Shown here: piece after piece, positions 10,107 through 19,312 of the stretch | How positions within the stretch are numbered: position 1 is the stretch's first letter | Layout: every line of letters begins with the position of its first letter | Source: Thermodesulfobacteriota bacterium | GTDB lineage: Bacteria; Desulfobacterota; Desulfobacteria; Desulfobacterales; SURF-7 | Reading direction: 5' to 3' | DNA length: 64,000 bases | Assembly (NCBI GenBank): GCA_049320885.1 | Contig: JBMORA010000009.1 | Span: forward strand, 256,001-320,000 | Notes under the pieces: generated by a model | The model's input: only the letters and a program-made list of their open reading frames with translations | Told to the model about the DNA's origin: nothing | The model's database searches: none | Made by a program: the position numbers and the translations under genes

Positions 10107-10898
10107 ATGGACCGGAAAACCCGTTTCATTGACCTGAGCATATCCATCGAGGCGGATCTTCCCAGCGATCCGCCCATGATGATTCCCAAAATCGATTATC
10201 TGGATCATGAATCCGGAGCGGAACAGATGCAGCTGTTTTTCCCGGGTGTTAGAAAAGATCAATTGCCTGGAGGATTGGGCTGGGCCGTGGAATTCGTGGC
10301 CCTGACCACCCATTCGGGGACGCATCTGGATGCGCCGCATCATTATCACCCCACCATGGACAAAGGCAAACCGGCGCTCACCATTGACCAGATTCCCCTG
10401 GAATGGTGTTTCAGCGACGGAGTGGTGCTGGATTTTTCCGCCAAGGCGGACGGCGACAGGATTACGGCCGCTGATGTGGAAACCGAATTATCCCGCATCG
10501 ATTATCGGCTGAAGCCGCTGGATATCGTTCTTATCCGAACGGGTGCGGACAAGGTCTGGGGAAAGGCGGAGTATCTGACCAAGGGCGCCGGCATGACCCG
10601 CGAGTCGACGCTTTTTTTGTTGAACCATGGGGTGAAGGTGGTGGGAACGGATGCCTGGTCCTGGGATCGTCCGCTGCCCTTCCTGTCCCAGGAATTCCAG
10701 GCAACCGGCGATCCCGCGGTGATCTGGGAGGCGCATTTCGCCGGCATTGAAAAAGGGTATTGCCATATGGAAAAAATGGCGAACCTGGACAAAATTCCGC
10801 GGCCGCATGGATTCAAGGTGTCCTGTTTCCCGGTGCGCATTAAATCGGCCTCGGCCGCATGGGTGCGGGCCGTGGCCATGGTGGCGGAGGAACTGTAA
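10107..10898 (+). CDS. cyclase family (kynurenine formamidase-like) metallohydrolase
   Basis: HSGTHLDAPHH signature, DIVLIRTG, VGTDAWSWD, HMEKMANLD. Confidence 0.92.
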   Translation: MDRKTRFIDLSISIEADLPSDPPMMIPKIDYLDHESGAEQMQLFFPGVRKDQLPGGLGWAVEFVALTTHSGTHLDAPHHYHPTMDKGKPALTIDQIPLEWCFSDGVVLDFSAKADGDRITAADVETELSRIDYRLKPLDIVLIRTGADKVWGKAEYLTKGAGMTRESTLFLLNHGVKVVGTDAWSWDRPLPFLSQEFQATGDPAVIWEAHFAGIEKGYCHMEKMANLDKIPRPHGFKVSCFPVRIKSASAAWVRAVAMVAEEL

Positions 10899-11031
10899 CA
10901 AGATCACCACAAGCTGTTTGCATTTTCCCGGGAAACATACTATGGCCTTCATGTAGTCCGATGGTGATGTTTTCAGGCCGGTCCCCGCGCCGCAAAACCA
11001 ATTAACCCACTGTTTGTCTGGAAGGAGTCCG

Positions 11032-12084
11032 ATGATGAAACCGAATCCGGTCGCTTTGGTAGCAGCGATAATGGTGTGCTTTTCCCTCTGTCCGGAGGGC
11101 CTTGCCAAGGAAAACGCGAAGACGGTCATCAAGATCGCCACCCTGGCTCCCAAAGGCTCCATGTCGGCCAACATGTTGGATGAACTAAACACCAGGATCA
11201 TGGAGCAGACCAATCGGGAGGTGGCTTTTAAAATTTACTACGGAGGCGTGCAGGGGGATGCGCAGGATGTGTTGCGAAAAATCAAGTTCAAGCAGTTGCA
11301 TGGGGCCATGCTGGCTTCCTACGGGTTGGGGCAGATCGCTTCGGACATCCGCGTGACGGGCCTGCCGTATATATTCAGAAATTACCAGGAAGTCCGGTAT
11401 GTGCGGGAGAAATTGAAGGATCACATGGACAATTCGATGAAAGCCAACGGTTTTGTGGCCCTCGGATGGTATGACATCGGCTTTGTCTACAGTTTTTCCA
11501 AAGTGCCGATCACTTCCGTGGAAGTCGCCCGCCAGCAGAAATTCTGGGCCCCGGAAGGCGATCCCTTGGCGCAAAAGGTTTACGAGGTCATCGGGATCAC
11601 GCCGGTCTCCCTCTCCATTACGGATGTGATGACATCGCTTTCAACGCGCCTGATCGATGCCGCCAGCGCACCGCCGCTGGCGGCGGTGGCTTTCCGCTGG
11701 TACACGAAATTCAAGTACATGACGGAATATCCTTCCACCAACGTACTGGGCGCCCTGGTGGTCGACAAGGAAATTTTCAATAAAATTTCCCCGGAAAGTC
11801 AGGAGAAAATGCTGGCGCTCAGCCAGGAATATTGCCTGAAAATCCAGGAAGGACACCAGAAGGAAAACGAAAAAAGCATTCAGCTGTTAAAAAAATCAGG
11901 TATCTCCATCGTCAGAAATCAGGATGACGCGGGCTATCAGAAATTCATCGACGATACGGCCAACCGGACAATGGAAGCCTTGACGGGGCAATTGTTCTCA
12001 AAAGAACTTCTCGATCGCATGCTTGCTTATCTGAAGGAATATCGCGACCTGCACCCGGAAAGCGCCGTGGAGAAGATCGAATAA
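11032..12084 (+). CDS. dctP: TRAP transporter substrate-binding protein
   Basis: Signal peptide, IKIATLAPKGS, KIYYGGVQGD, LPYIFRNY pattern. Confidence 0.88.
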   Translation: MMKPNPVALVAAIMVCFSLCPEGLAKENAKTVIKIATLAPKGSMSANMLDELNTRIMEQTNREVAFKIYYGGVQGDAQDVLRKIKFKQLHGAMLASYGLGQIASDIRVTGLPYIFRNYQEVRYVREKLKDHMDNSMKANGFVALGWYDIGFVYSFSKVPITSVEVARQQKFWAPEGDPLAQKVYEVIGITPVSLSITDVMTSLSTRLIDAASAPPLAAVAFRWYTKFKYMTEYPSTNVLGALVVDKEIFNKISPESQEKMLALSQEYCLKIQEGHQKENEKSIQLLKKSGISIVRNQDDAGYQKFIDDTANRTMEALTGQLFSKELLDRMLAYLKEYRDLHPESAVEKIE

Positions 12085-12093
12085 CCAAGAGGT

Positions 12094-13143
12094 ATGACCA
12101 TGAAACGCATAAGCCTGATCGTTTTGCTCGTCTTTTTGTGCCTGGCCGCTGTCCAGCGGCCGGCCTTTGCGGCGGAAGAAGGCGGCGTGACCATCAAACT
12201 CGCCACCCTGCTGCCCAAAGACTCCGGGGGCGTCTTTGAAAAATTCCGCAAGGAGGTCGCCCATCGAACGGGCAACCAGGTTCGTATTAAAATCTATTAC
12301 GGCGGGGTCCAGGGGGATGAATTCGATGTTTTGCGCAAAATCCAGTACAAGCAGCTCCATGGGGGCTCTTTCACCGGCCATGGCCTGGGCAGGATCGTTC
12401 CGGCGGTGAGAATCACGGAACTCCCCTATCTGTTTAAAAACTACGGCGAGCTGTCATACGTGCGCTCCCAGCTGGAAGAAACCATGAACAGCCTTTTTTT
12501 TCAGGAAGGATACGTGGTGCTGGGCTGGTATGAGACCGGTTTCGCGTATGTTTTTTCCAAAGTCCCGATTACAAGCGTCGAAGTGGCCCGGGAACAGAAA
12601 TGGTGGATGTGGGAGGGCGATCCCATGCAGCAGGCGACGTTCGACGCTATGGGCATCAGCCCGGTGTCCCTCTCCCTGACGGATGTGATGACCTCGCTGT
12701 CCACGCGGCTGATTGACGCCGCTGCCACGACCCCTTTCGGGGCCGTCGCCTTCCGCTGGTACACGCGCTTCAAGTTCATGGGGGAGTACCCCATCGCCAA
12801 CGGAATCGTCGCGGTGGTCGTCACCCGCGAGGTCTGGGATAAAATTTCGGCGGACAACCGGCAGAAGATTCAGGAATTCTCAAAAGAATTGTTTGCCGGA
12901 ATGGTGAAAGAGCGCAGGGCGTCAAACGATCAAAGCATTGAGGTTCTGAAGAAGGCGGGGATTTCCGTCGTCCCCTTCGATACGCAGAGCGAGGCGATGC
13001 AATTCGTCCTTTCAGCCGCCGAAAAGGCCAGGGAGAATATGGTCGGCCAGCTGTATACCCGGGAATTGCTGGATCGAACGGAATCGCTATTAGAGGAATA
13101 TCGGGGCAGGAATCCCGGGAGCGATGTGGTGAAGATCCATTAG
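12094..13143 (+). CDS. dctP: TRAP transporter substrate-binding protein (paralog of the preceding gene)
   Basis: IKLATLLPKDS, KIYYGGVQGD, PVSLSLTDVMTSLSTRLIDAA shared with 11032-12084. Confidence 0.88.
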   Translation: MTMKRISLIVLLVFLCLAAVQRPAFAAEEGGVTIKLATLLPKDSGGVFEKFRKEVAHRTGNQVRIKIYYGGVQGDEFDVLRKIQYKQLHGGSFTGHGLGRIVPAVRITELPYLFKNYGELSYVRSQLEETMNSLFFQEGYVVLGWYETGFAYVFSKVPITSVEVAREQKWWMWEGDPMQQATFDAMGISPVSLSLTDVMTSLSTRLIDAAATTPFGAVAFRWYTRFKFMGEYPIANGIVAVVVTREVWDKISADNRQKIQEFSKELFAGMVKERRASNDQSIEVLKKAGISVVPFDTQSEAMQFVLSAAEKARENMVGQLYTRELLDRTESLLEEYRGRNPGSDVVKIH

Positions 13144-13202
13144 GAATGAAAGACGGGCGTCTGAAGCCACCGTTGGGATTTGTTTTTCGTCTGAGGATGA
13201 CA

Positions 13203-15428
13203 ATGAAAGCGTTTTTTTCAACAACCAGCCATGGGCCGACCGGGCGAAGAGCGGTCTGGTTTTTGGTTTTCGCCGCTCTGATCGGATGCAGTGGAAGCGA
13301 TTCCGCGCCGGAGTCCGTCTCCTTCGAAAAACCGGCCGAGGTCGATAATTCAGGTTTTTACGGCAAATACAAGGTCGATCTGGAGATCGGAGCCGGCACG
13401 GAGGAGACGTTTATTGCGACCATCGGCGGCGATCCGAATTTCAAGGGCCAGGATGGTTATTTTTATATTCCCGCAGCGGAGAGCAGCGCAGCCTATACCG
13501 TAAAAGATCGGGAGGTGGCTGTCAACGTCGATGGGAACACCGTGGCGATCGAACAATCGGGAACCGGGTGGACCTACGATCTCGTGCTTGAATATTCCGC
13601 GGCAACCGGCGGGATCGTCATCAGTGGAAATGCCGATGCGGATGACCCGTTGGAGCCCAGGGGTACGATTTCCGGCAGCGCCGTGAAGGTCGAGGAAACC
13701 GCGGATTGGATCGATGGGGATTATGTCAATACACTGGGAATGACCTACATGAAAATTCCCGCCGGCGAATTCACCATGGGGAGTCCGACCGGGGAAGGGG
13801 GACGCTATGTCAATGAAACCCAGCATCCGGTTCGCCTGACGAGAAATTTTTACCTGCAGACCACCGAGGTGACCCAGGAGCAGTGGCGAACCGTGATGGG
13901 ATACAGCGCCGCCGGGTTTGCGGGCTGCGGCGTTGACTGTCCGGTGGAGAGCGTTTCCTGGAATGACGCCCGGGAATTCATCGCTCAGCTCGGCACCCGC
14001 GAAGGCCGACGTTATCGGCTGCCGACGGAAGCGGAATGGGAATACGCCGCCAGGGCCAACGGTACGGAAGCTTTTCCCAACGGCGATATCTCCCATATCG
14101 GCACGGGCCGTGATCCCCGGCTGAACGTGATCGGATGGTATGCCTATAATTCGAACCGCATGACCCGGCCGGTGGGAATGAAAATGCCCAACGCCTGGGG
14201 TCTTTATGACATGCATGGAAATGTGCAGGAGTGGTGTGAGGACTGGCAGGATGAGTATCCGAACAGTTCGGCCCTCAATCCCATAGGCCCCTCGTCAGGG
14301 GTGTTGCGGATTTTGCGCGGCGGCGCCTGGAACAGTCGCAGCGCCTTCTGCCGGTCGGCCTATCGCTCCGCCGCCGAGCCGAGTGAACGCAGCGACGGCA
14401 ACGGATTTCGAACGATTGTGATGTTTCCGCCTGCGGCGACCATCATAAACCCGGTAAGTGGATCGGAACATAGGTATCGGGGATCGGTTTCATTCCAGGC
14501 CAGTGCCGAGGATGCGGAGGACGGGAAGCTGTCTGGTCAAAAGCTGGTATGGCAATCCGACATGGATGGCCGAATCGGGACGGGCTCGTTCTTCCAGACC
14601 GCGGCGTTGTCGAAAGGCGTTCATACCATCACGCTGACGGTCTCCGACAGCGATGGGCAAAAAACCGTCGACACGACAACCATCACGATTTCCAGTCATC
14701 AGGATACCGTCACCAACGAATTCGGCATGGCATTCATCCTGGTGTCCCCGGGCTCATTCATGATGGGCAGTCCCCCTGATGAACCGGGGCGGAAATCGGA
14801 CGAAATCAGTCACCAGGTGACTTTGACGAAGGATTATTATTTGCAGAAAACCGAAGTGACCCAGGGCCAGTGGCGGATGGTGATGGGCGCCAATCCTTCC
14901 CGGTTCTATCGATGTGGCGACGACTGCCCGGTGGAGAGCGTTTCCTGGGACGATGCCCAGGCGTTCATCGCCGCTCTCAATGGGATGACGACAGACGGCT
15001 CTGTCTACCGTCTGCCCAGCGAAGCGGAGTGGGAATATGCAGCCAGATCCGCAAGCGTCACGGCATTTGCGAACGGAAACATCACCCACATTGGATCGGG
15101 CTTCGATCAAAATCTCGATCTCATGGGGTGGTACATCTATAATTCGCAGGGGCAAATTCATCCAGTGGGTCTCAAACAGGCCAATGAATGGGGTTTTCAG
15201 GATATGCACGGCAATGTGATGGAATGGTGCCAGGACTGGATGGGTAAATATTCACCCTACTCCATAACGGATCCCGCTGGACCTTCGGCTGGCACCTTGC
15301 GTGTCATGCGCGGTGGAAATATGACGAGTGATGCATCGAACTGCCGCTCCGCCACCCGCCTATCCGCCAAACCGGAAAGACGCAGCGATACAACTGGACT
15401 TAGGCTGGTTCTTGTTCCGGCAGAATGA
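13203..15428 (+). CDS. lipoprotein with two FGE-sulfatase (SUMF1/C-type-lectin fold) domains separated by an Ig/PKD-like domain
   Basis: Lipobox LIGC; duplicated FxMGSP, TEVTQ, PVESVSW, RLPxEAEWEYAAR, DMHGNVxEWC, RGG motifs; central ASAEDAEDG...HTITLTVSDSDG. Confidence 0.88.
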   Translation: MKAFFSTTSHGPTGRRAVWFLVFAALIGCSGSDSAPESVSFEKPAEVDNSGFYGKYKVDLEIGAGTEETFIATIGGDPNFKGQDGYFYIPAAESSAAYTVKDREVAVNVDGNTVAIEQSGTGWTYDLVLEYSAATGGIVISGNADADDPLEPRGTISGSAVKVEETADWIDGDYVNTLGMTYMKIPAGEFTMGSPTGEGGRYVNETQHPVRLTRNFYLQTTEVTQEQWRTVMGYSAAGFAGCGVDCPVESVSWNDAREFIAQLGTREGRRYRLPTEAEWEYAARANGTEAFPNGDISHIGTGRDPRLNVIGWYAYNSNRMTRPVGMKMPNAWGLYDMHGNVQEWCEDWQDEYPNSSALNPIGPSSGVLRILRGGAWNSRSAFCRSAYRSAAEPSERSDGNGFRTIVMFPPAATIINPVSGSEHRYRGSVSFQASAEDAEDGKLSGQKLVWQSDMDGRIGTGSFFQTAALSKGVHTITLTVSDSDGQKTVDTTTITISSHQDTVTNEFGMAFILVSPGSFMMGSPPDEPGRKSDEISHQVTLTKDYYLQKTEVTQGQWRMVMGANPSRFYRCGDDCPVESVSWDDAQAFIAALNGMTTDGSVYRLPSEAEWEYAARSASVTAFANGNITHIGSGFDQNLDLMGWYIYNSQGQIHPVGLKQANEWGFQDMHGNVMEWCQDWMGKYSPYSITDPAGPSAGTLRVMRGGNMTSDASNCRSATRLSAKPERRSDTTGLRLVLVPAE

Positions 15429-15522
15429 GTACGCCTGTGTTTACGGCGGGAGTATGACGGGCAATCGGATGGATTGGTAAACGGAAATTCTCATATCAAT
15501 CGACTCGGAAGGGAGTAGCAGG

Positions 15523-16869
15523 ATGAAACAAGATTGGACCAGCGTATTGCGCGCCATGAACCGGCAATTTATGCAGGCCGTCTGGCAAAAGGCCAAAAAC
15601 CGCCGGTTGGACGAACTGGATGAAAGCGAAAAGCAGATCGCCATGATCATGCTGGATCACGCCGCGGAATTCCGCAGCCGGTTCGAACAGGCCGCGGCGG
15701 TCGAAGGAAAGACCGTCGACGAGGAGGAAATCAATCCATTCATGCATATCTGCCTCCATGCCGTGGTGGAAAATCAGCTGGCGGAAAGGGAGCCTCCCGA
15801 GGTCTATCACTTCTACCAGGCGATGATCAAAAAAAAGTGCGGCCGTCATGACGCGCTGCACTTGATCGCCAATATTCTTTTCCCCATGGTGTTCCGGGTG
15901 CTTCGATCCGGCAAGGAATTTGACCTGGAAACGTATTGCGCCATCCTCAACAAAATGAAAAATCGGAAACCGGAAAAAATTCCGGAGCTGGTGGAGGAGG
16001 AGCTTTACGAGACGGGGTATTTCGACGATCTGGAACTGGAGTTCGAAACAGTGGAAAGCAGTGTGGCCGCCAAGGAACTGGATGGCTTGATCGATGATAT
16101 TTCCTCCGGAGGAACACCGAAAATATTGCGCAGCAAAAACGGGGGCCGGGCGGTATTGTTTTCCCTGGAGGAATTCGAACTTTTTCTGGAAGAAAAGGAC
16201 GAGCATGCCGATGGGGATGAGGAGCCCGATGCGGAAAATCGGGCGACCGCATCCCCGCAGGCGCCTCCCGATTTGGACCGGAATTTTGCCAGGGTCTACC
16301 GGTTCCGCATCACCCTGGAAGAAACGGAGCCGCGCATCTGGCGTCTGATCGAGGTTCCGGAGAACTACACCTTCTGGGATCTGCATGTGGCCATTCAGGA
16401 CGCCATGGGGTGGCAGGACAACCATCTCCACCGGTTTGAAATCCATCACCCGAAAACCGGCCAGCTGCTGGAAATCGGCATTCCCGGCATGGATGAGACG
16501 GAAGAGACCACCGCCGCCGGATGGCGGTATCCGATCAGCGAGCTGTTTTCCCTGAAACACCCGGCGGCGGAATATCTCTACGACTTCGGTGACGACTGGC
16601 GGCACAGCGTGGTCCTGGAAGAAATTCTCGAGCGCCGCAAATCCCAGAAATATCCCCGCTGCCTGGAGGGCCAGGGCGCCTGCCCGCCGGAAGACTGCGG
16701 CGGGATTCCCGGATTTTACGATCTACTTGCGGTGCTTCAGGATAAGGAGCATCCGGAATACGATGAAATTCTGGAATGGGTCGGCCGAAAATACGATCCG
16801 GCGGTTTTCGATCCCCGGAAGGTCGTTTTCTGGGATCCCCGGAAACGATGGCGGATGGCGTTTGATTGA
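15523..16869 (+). CDS. multidomain protein: DUF1841-like N-terminus, Phd/YefM-like middle segment, pRiA4b ORF-3 family C-terminus
   Basis: NPFMHICLHAVVENQL; IWRLIEVP..TFWDLHVAIQDAMGWQDNHLHRF, YDFGDDWRH, CPPEDCGGIPG. Confidence 0.8.
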   Translation: MKQDWTSVLRAMNRQFMQAVWQKAKNRRLDELDESEKQIAMIMLDHAAEFRSRFEQAAAVEGKTVDEEEINPFMHICLHAVVENQLAEREPPEVYHFYQAMIKKKCGRHDALHLIANILFPMVFRVLRSGKEFDLETYCAILNKMKNRKPEKIPELVEEELYETGYFDDLELEFETVESSVAAKELDGLIDDISSGGTPKILRSKNGGRAVLFSLEEFELFLEEKDEHADGDEEPDAENRATASPQAPPDLDRNFARVYRFRITLEETEPRIWRLIEVPENYTFWDLHVAIQDAMGWQDNHLHRFEIHHPKTGQLLEIGIPGMDETEETTAAGWRYPISELFSLKHPAAEYLYDFGDDWRHSVVLEEILERRKSQKYPRCLEGQGACPPEDCGGIPGFYDLLAVLQDKEHPEYDEILEWVGRKYDPAVFDPRKVVFWDPRKRWRMAFD

Positions 16870-16929
16870 CCTTGCAAAATGTTTCCCGGGCACAGATAAT
16901 CGGCGGGGAGATCCGGAAGGCGAGGGGTG

Positions 16930-17325
16930 ATGGAAGATCATATCCGGTCCTCAAAAAGAAGTGGGAGCATCGAATTTTTCATTGTTCAACGGGAGCCGGA
17001 TTGTGTCATCAGCCGGATGCCGGTCGCAGCCGGGATGCTCAACCCCTATGGCATCGTCCAGGCCGGCGCCATGGTCTGGCTGGCTGATGTCACCGCGTCG
17101 GTGTTGATCCTGGAAAATCAGCCCATGGAAGAAAAAGGCAAGGGGTTTCCCCTGGCGGTGGATCTGCACACCTCCCTGGTGGGGAACCAGCGTGAGGGCG
17201 AAATCAAAGCCGAAGCCCGGTTTGTGAAAAAAGGCCGGAAAGTGAGCGTGATCCGGACGCGCCTCACCGGCGACGGTGACCGTCTGCTGGCGGAAATCAC
17301 CAGCACCCACGTGGCGGCCGGATAA
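16930..17325 (+). CDS. PaaI family (hotdog fold) thioesterase
   Basis: LNPYGIVQAGAMVWLAD, AEARFVKKGRK. Confidence 0.88.
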   Translation: MEDHIRSSKRSGSIEFFIVQREPDCVISRMPVAAGMLNPYGIVQAGAMVWLADVTASVLILENQPMEEKGKGFPLAVDLHTSLVGNQREGEIKAEARFVKKGRKVSVIRTRLTGDGDRLLAEITSTHVAAG

Positions 17326-17349
17326 TTTTTCGGCGCCGACGATCTCCCC

Positions 17350-17967
17350 ATGGACCTTCTTACCGCGGAATTTTACCGGCAACGATTCCGGGACTGTGCC
17401 GATGAGTATGAAAAGGCCACACTGCCGGCGCTCCACCGCCTGATTCTTTCTGTTGCCCTGCCGGGGTGCGGTGTGCTCGAAATCGGGTCCGGTTCCGGAC
17501 GGGAGGCGGCGCTACTGAAGGCCGCCGGCTGCCGGGTCACGGTTACCGATGGCTGCCCGCAAATGCTGGCAGAGGCCATCCGGCTGCATCCCGAGCTGGC
17601 CGCCAACGCCCGAACAGCCGATTTCCCCCTGCCGGATGACGACCCGCTACTGATAGAGCGGTTTGACCTGGTGCTGGCCCTCGCCCTCATCATGCATTTG
17701 ACCGATCCGGACTTGGAACGCTTCGCCCACCAGACGGCCGGGATCACCCGACCCGGCGGGGCCCTGATCCTCTCCCATTCCTCAGGCCGCCGGAATTTGC
17801 ACCGGGATCGCGATCCTGAGAATCGCCTGATCATCGAGCGTTCCGTTACGGACATCTGTCATCGATTCACCTTGGCTGGCTTTGACCAGCAGGTGGCTAT
17901 CCAGAGCCAGGACGGTCTGGGCCGGGAACCTATCTCCTGGTCCACCCATATGTTTCGAAAAAGATAG
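17350..17967 (+). CDS. class I SAM-dependent methyltransferase
   Basis: VLEIGSGSGREA, FDLVL, RPGGALIL. Confidence 0.85.
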   Translation: MDLLTAEFYRQRFRDCADEYEKATLPALHRLILSVALPGCGVLEIGSGSGREAALLKAAGCRVTVTDGCPQMLAEAIRLHPELAANARTADFPLPDDDPLLIERFDLVLALALIMHLTDPDLERFAHQTAGITRPGGALILSHSSGRRNLHRDRDPENRLIIERSVTDICHRFTLAGFDQQVAIQSQDGLGREPISWSTHMFRKR

Positions 17968-17973
17968 GTAAAC

Positions 17974-18000
17974 CACGGATGGCACGGATGGCACGGATGA
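17974..18000. repeat. 3 x 9-bp tandem repeat CACGGATGG
   Basis: cacggatgg cacggatgg cacggatga directly after the methyltransferase stop. Confidence 0.85.
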
Positions 18001-18198
18001 GGATTAAGCGGTTTTCTCCGGCCTTGCCGGAACCACTTCGCGGACATACGAAAGTTTTTGACTTGTAAGGTTTTCTGACCGATTTTATTTTGTCTTCTGA
18101 CTCCTGAATAGCTTCCCGCGGCCGGTTCATGGCATCTCTTTTGCTTCCTTTAACCTCCGAAAGACCTTCCAGGAGCCCCGTGAACAAAGGATACCGCC

Positions 18199-18618
18199 AT
18201 GGGAATCAGTAAAATCGGATATCAAAACGGCAGGTTGTCAAATGAGCAGACCTTGCTGGGCGATGAGCGGAAACAGCAACTCAAGGAAATTCTTGCAGGA
18301 TATCATCCGGAAAATATTTCCGCGGAGGAGCAGTCGCGCCTGTGGGCGGAATTGAAGGCCGCCGGGATTCCGCGCAACCGGGAAACCATCCAGCTGCTTC
18401 AAAAAGCCGGGTTTGATATCGCTCCATTGCCGGCCGGTCAGGACCGGCAGGGGATTCCGGACATCCAAAGCGGGCAGCTGGTGACCCCCCGCATTCTGGA
18501 CTTGTTCCGGCAGCGGGATTCCGGCAACATCACCGAGGCGGAATTCCAATCCCGGATCGAAGATCTCAAACAGCTCCTGCACACCCCCACCGGAACCCTG
18601 CTGGATCGCAGCGCCTGA
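18199..18618 (+). CDS. hypothetical protein
   Basis: AAAGGA RBS, 139-aa ORF ending GTLLDRSA. Confidence 0.7.
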   Translation: MGISKIGYQNGRLSNEQTLLGDERKQQLKEILAGYHPENISAEEQSRLWAELKAAGIPRNRETIQLLQKAGFDIAPLPAGQDRQGIPDIQSGQLVTPRILDLFRQRDSGNITEAEFQSRIEDLKQLLHTPTGTLLDRSA

Positions 18619-18704
18619 CGGCCGGCTTCTCTCCGGAAATCCTTCCCGAGTGACGGTATCTCCAAATCAACGCGCGTCAGGCAACAGGACTTGCCTTATA
18701 CTCC

Positions 18705-18730
18705 TTGACAATATCCATGCCTGTTGTACA
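18705..18730 (+). promoter_or_regulatory. promoter/operator remnant of the PIN-Phd module
   Basis: TTGACA at 18705-18710 and TGTACA palindrome at 18725-18730 (core known from YefM/Phd-type operators). Confidence 0.5.
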
Positions 18731-18965
18731 TAGGCTGACACTTGAGGAAGCCCGGAAAGGTTTAATCATTTTTAACAGCATCCCGTTACGGTATGTCGAA
18801 GTGGATTTCGCTAATGCATTACAATTATCTAAAGCGATCAATATGTATGCCTATGACGCCTATGTCTTAGATTGCGCAATTAGATATAACGCATCTTTGC
18901 TGACTTTAGACCGCAAATTAGTTGCGGCGGCCCAAAGCATAAATATTCAAATACTGGAGGTTTAG
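18731..18965 (+). pseudogene. vapC: PIN-domain (VapC-like) toxin, 5'-truncated
   Basis: C-terminal PIN motifs YAYDAYVLDCA and LLTLDRKL present; N-terminal DTN-type and E motifs missing. Confidence 0.78.
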
Positions 18966-18966
18966 G

Positions 18967-19185
18967 ATGCAAATCTATACATATTCGGAGGCAAGACAAA
19001 AACTTGCATATGTATTGGAGCAAGCAGAAAACACAGGTAAGGTGTTAATTCGAAGAAAAGACGGTAGAACATTCGCACTGGTACCAGAAAAAACAGCTTC
19101 ATCCCCTCTCGATGTTCCTTCGGTTAAAGCAAAGATTACTACTCAAACGATTGTGGATATAATTCGAGAAGGAAGAGAAAGGTAG
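18967..19185 (+). CDS. Phd/YefM family antitoxin
   Basis: YTYSEARQKLAYVLEQA...VLIRRKDGRTF; GGAGG RBS. Confidence 0.9.
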   Translation: MQIYTYSEARQKLAYVLEQAENTGKVLIRRKDGRTFALVPEKTASSPLDVPSVKAKITTQTIVDIIREGRER

Positions 19186-19243
19186 AACGTTGCCTGCTGG
19201 GCTTGTTTTGTCAGCGGGATTCCGGCGACACAGCCATATGAAT

Positions 19244-19312
19244 AATCTGTGTAAATCGGTGTAATCTGAGGATAGAAAAAATCGGTGGATAAAAACGGAC
19301 TATCCGCAGATT
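19244..19312. repeat. short-period AATC(T/G)GTG repeat with inverted copy
   Basis: aatctgtgta aatcggtgt aatctgaggata ... aatcggtggata; tatccgcagatt (19301-19312) is an 11/12 inverted copy of 19263-19274. Confidence 0.65.

Noticed and set aside
13203..15520. Complete diversity-generating retroelement
   Set aside because: No reverse transcriptase or adenine-variant template repeat seen; the two domains differ at all base types
17974..18000. CRISPR array
   Set aside because: 9-bp tandem units without spacers; no cas genes in the window
18705..18730. TTG start and MTISMPVVH N-terminus for the PIN ORF
   Set aside because: The TTG is part of a TTGACA box and the peptide lacks the first PIN acidic motif; better explained as promoter DNA fused by deletion
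19180..19235. attC after the Phd gene
   Set aside because: No convincing paired L boxes or R' core
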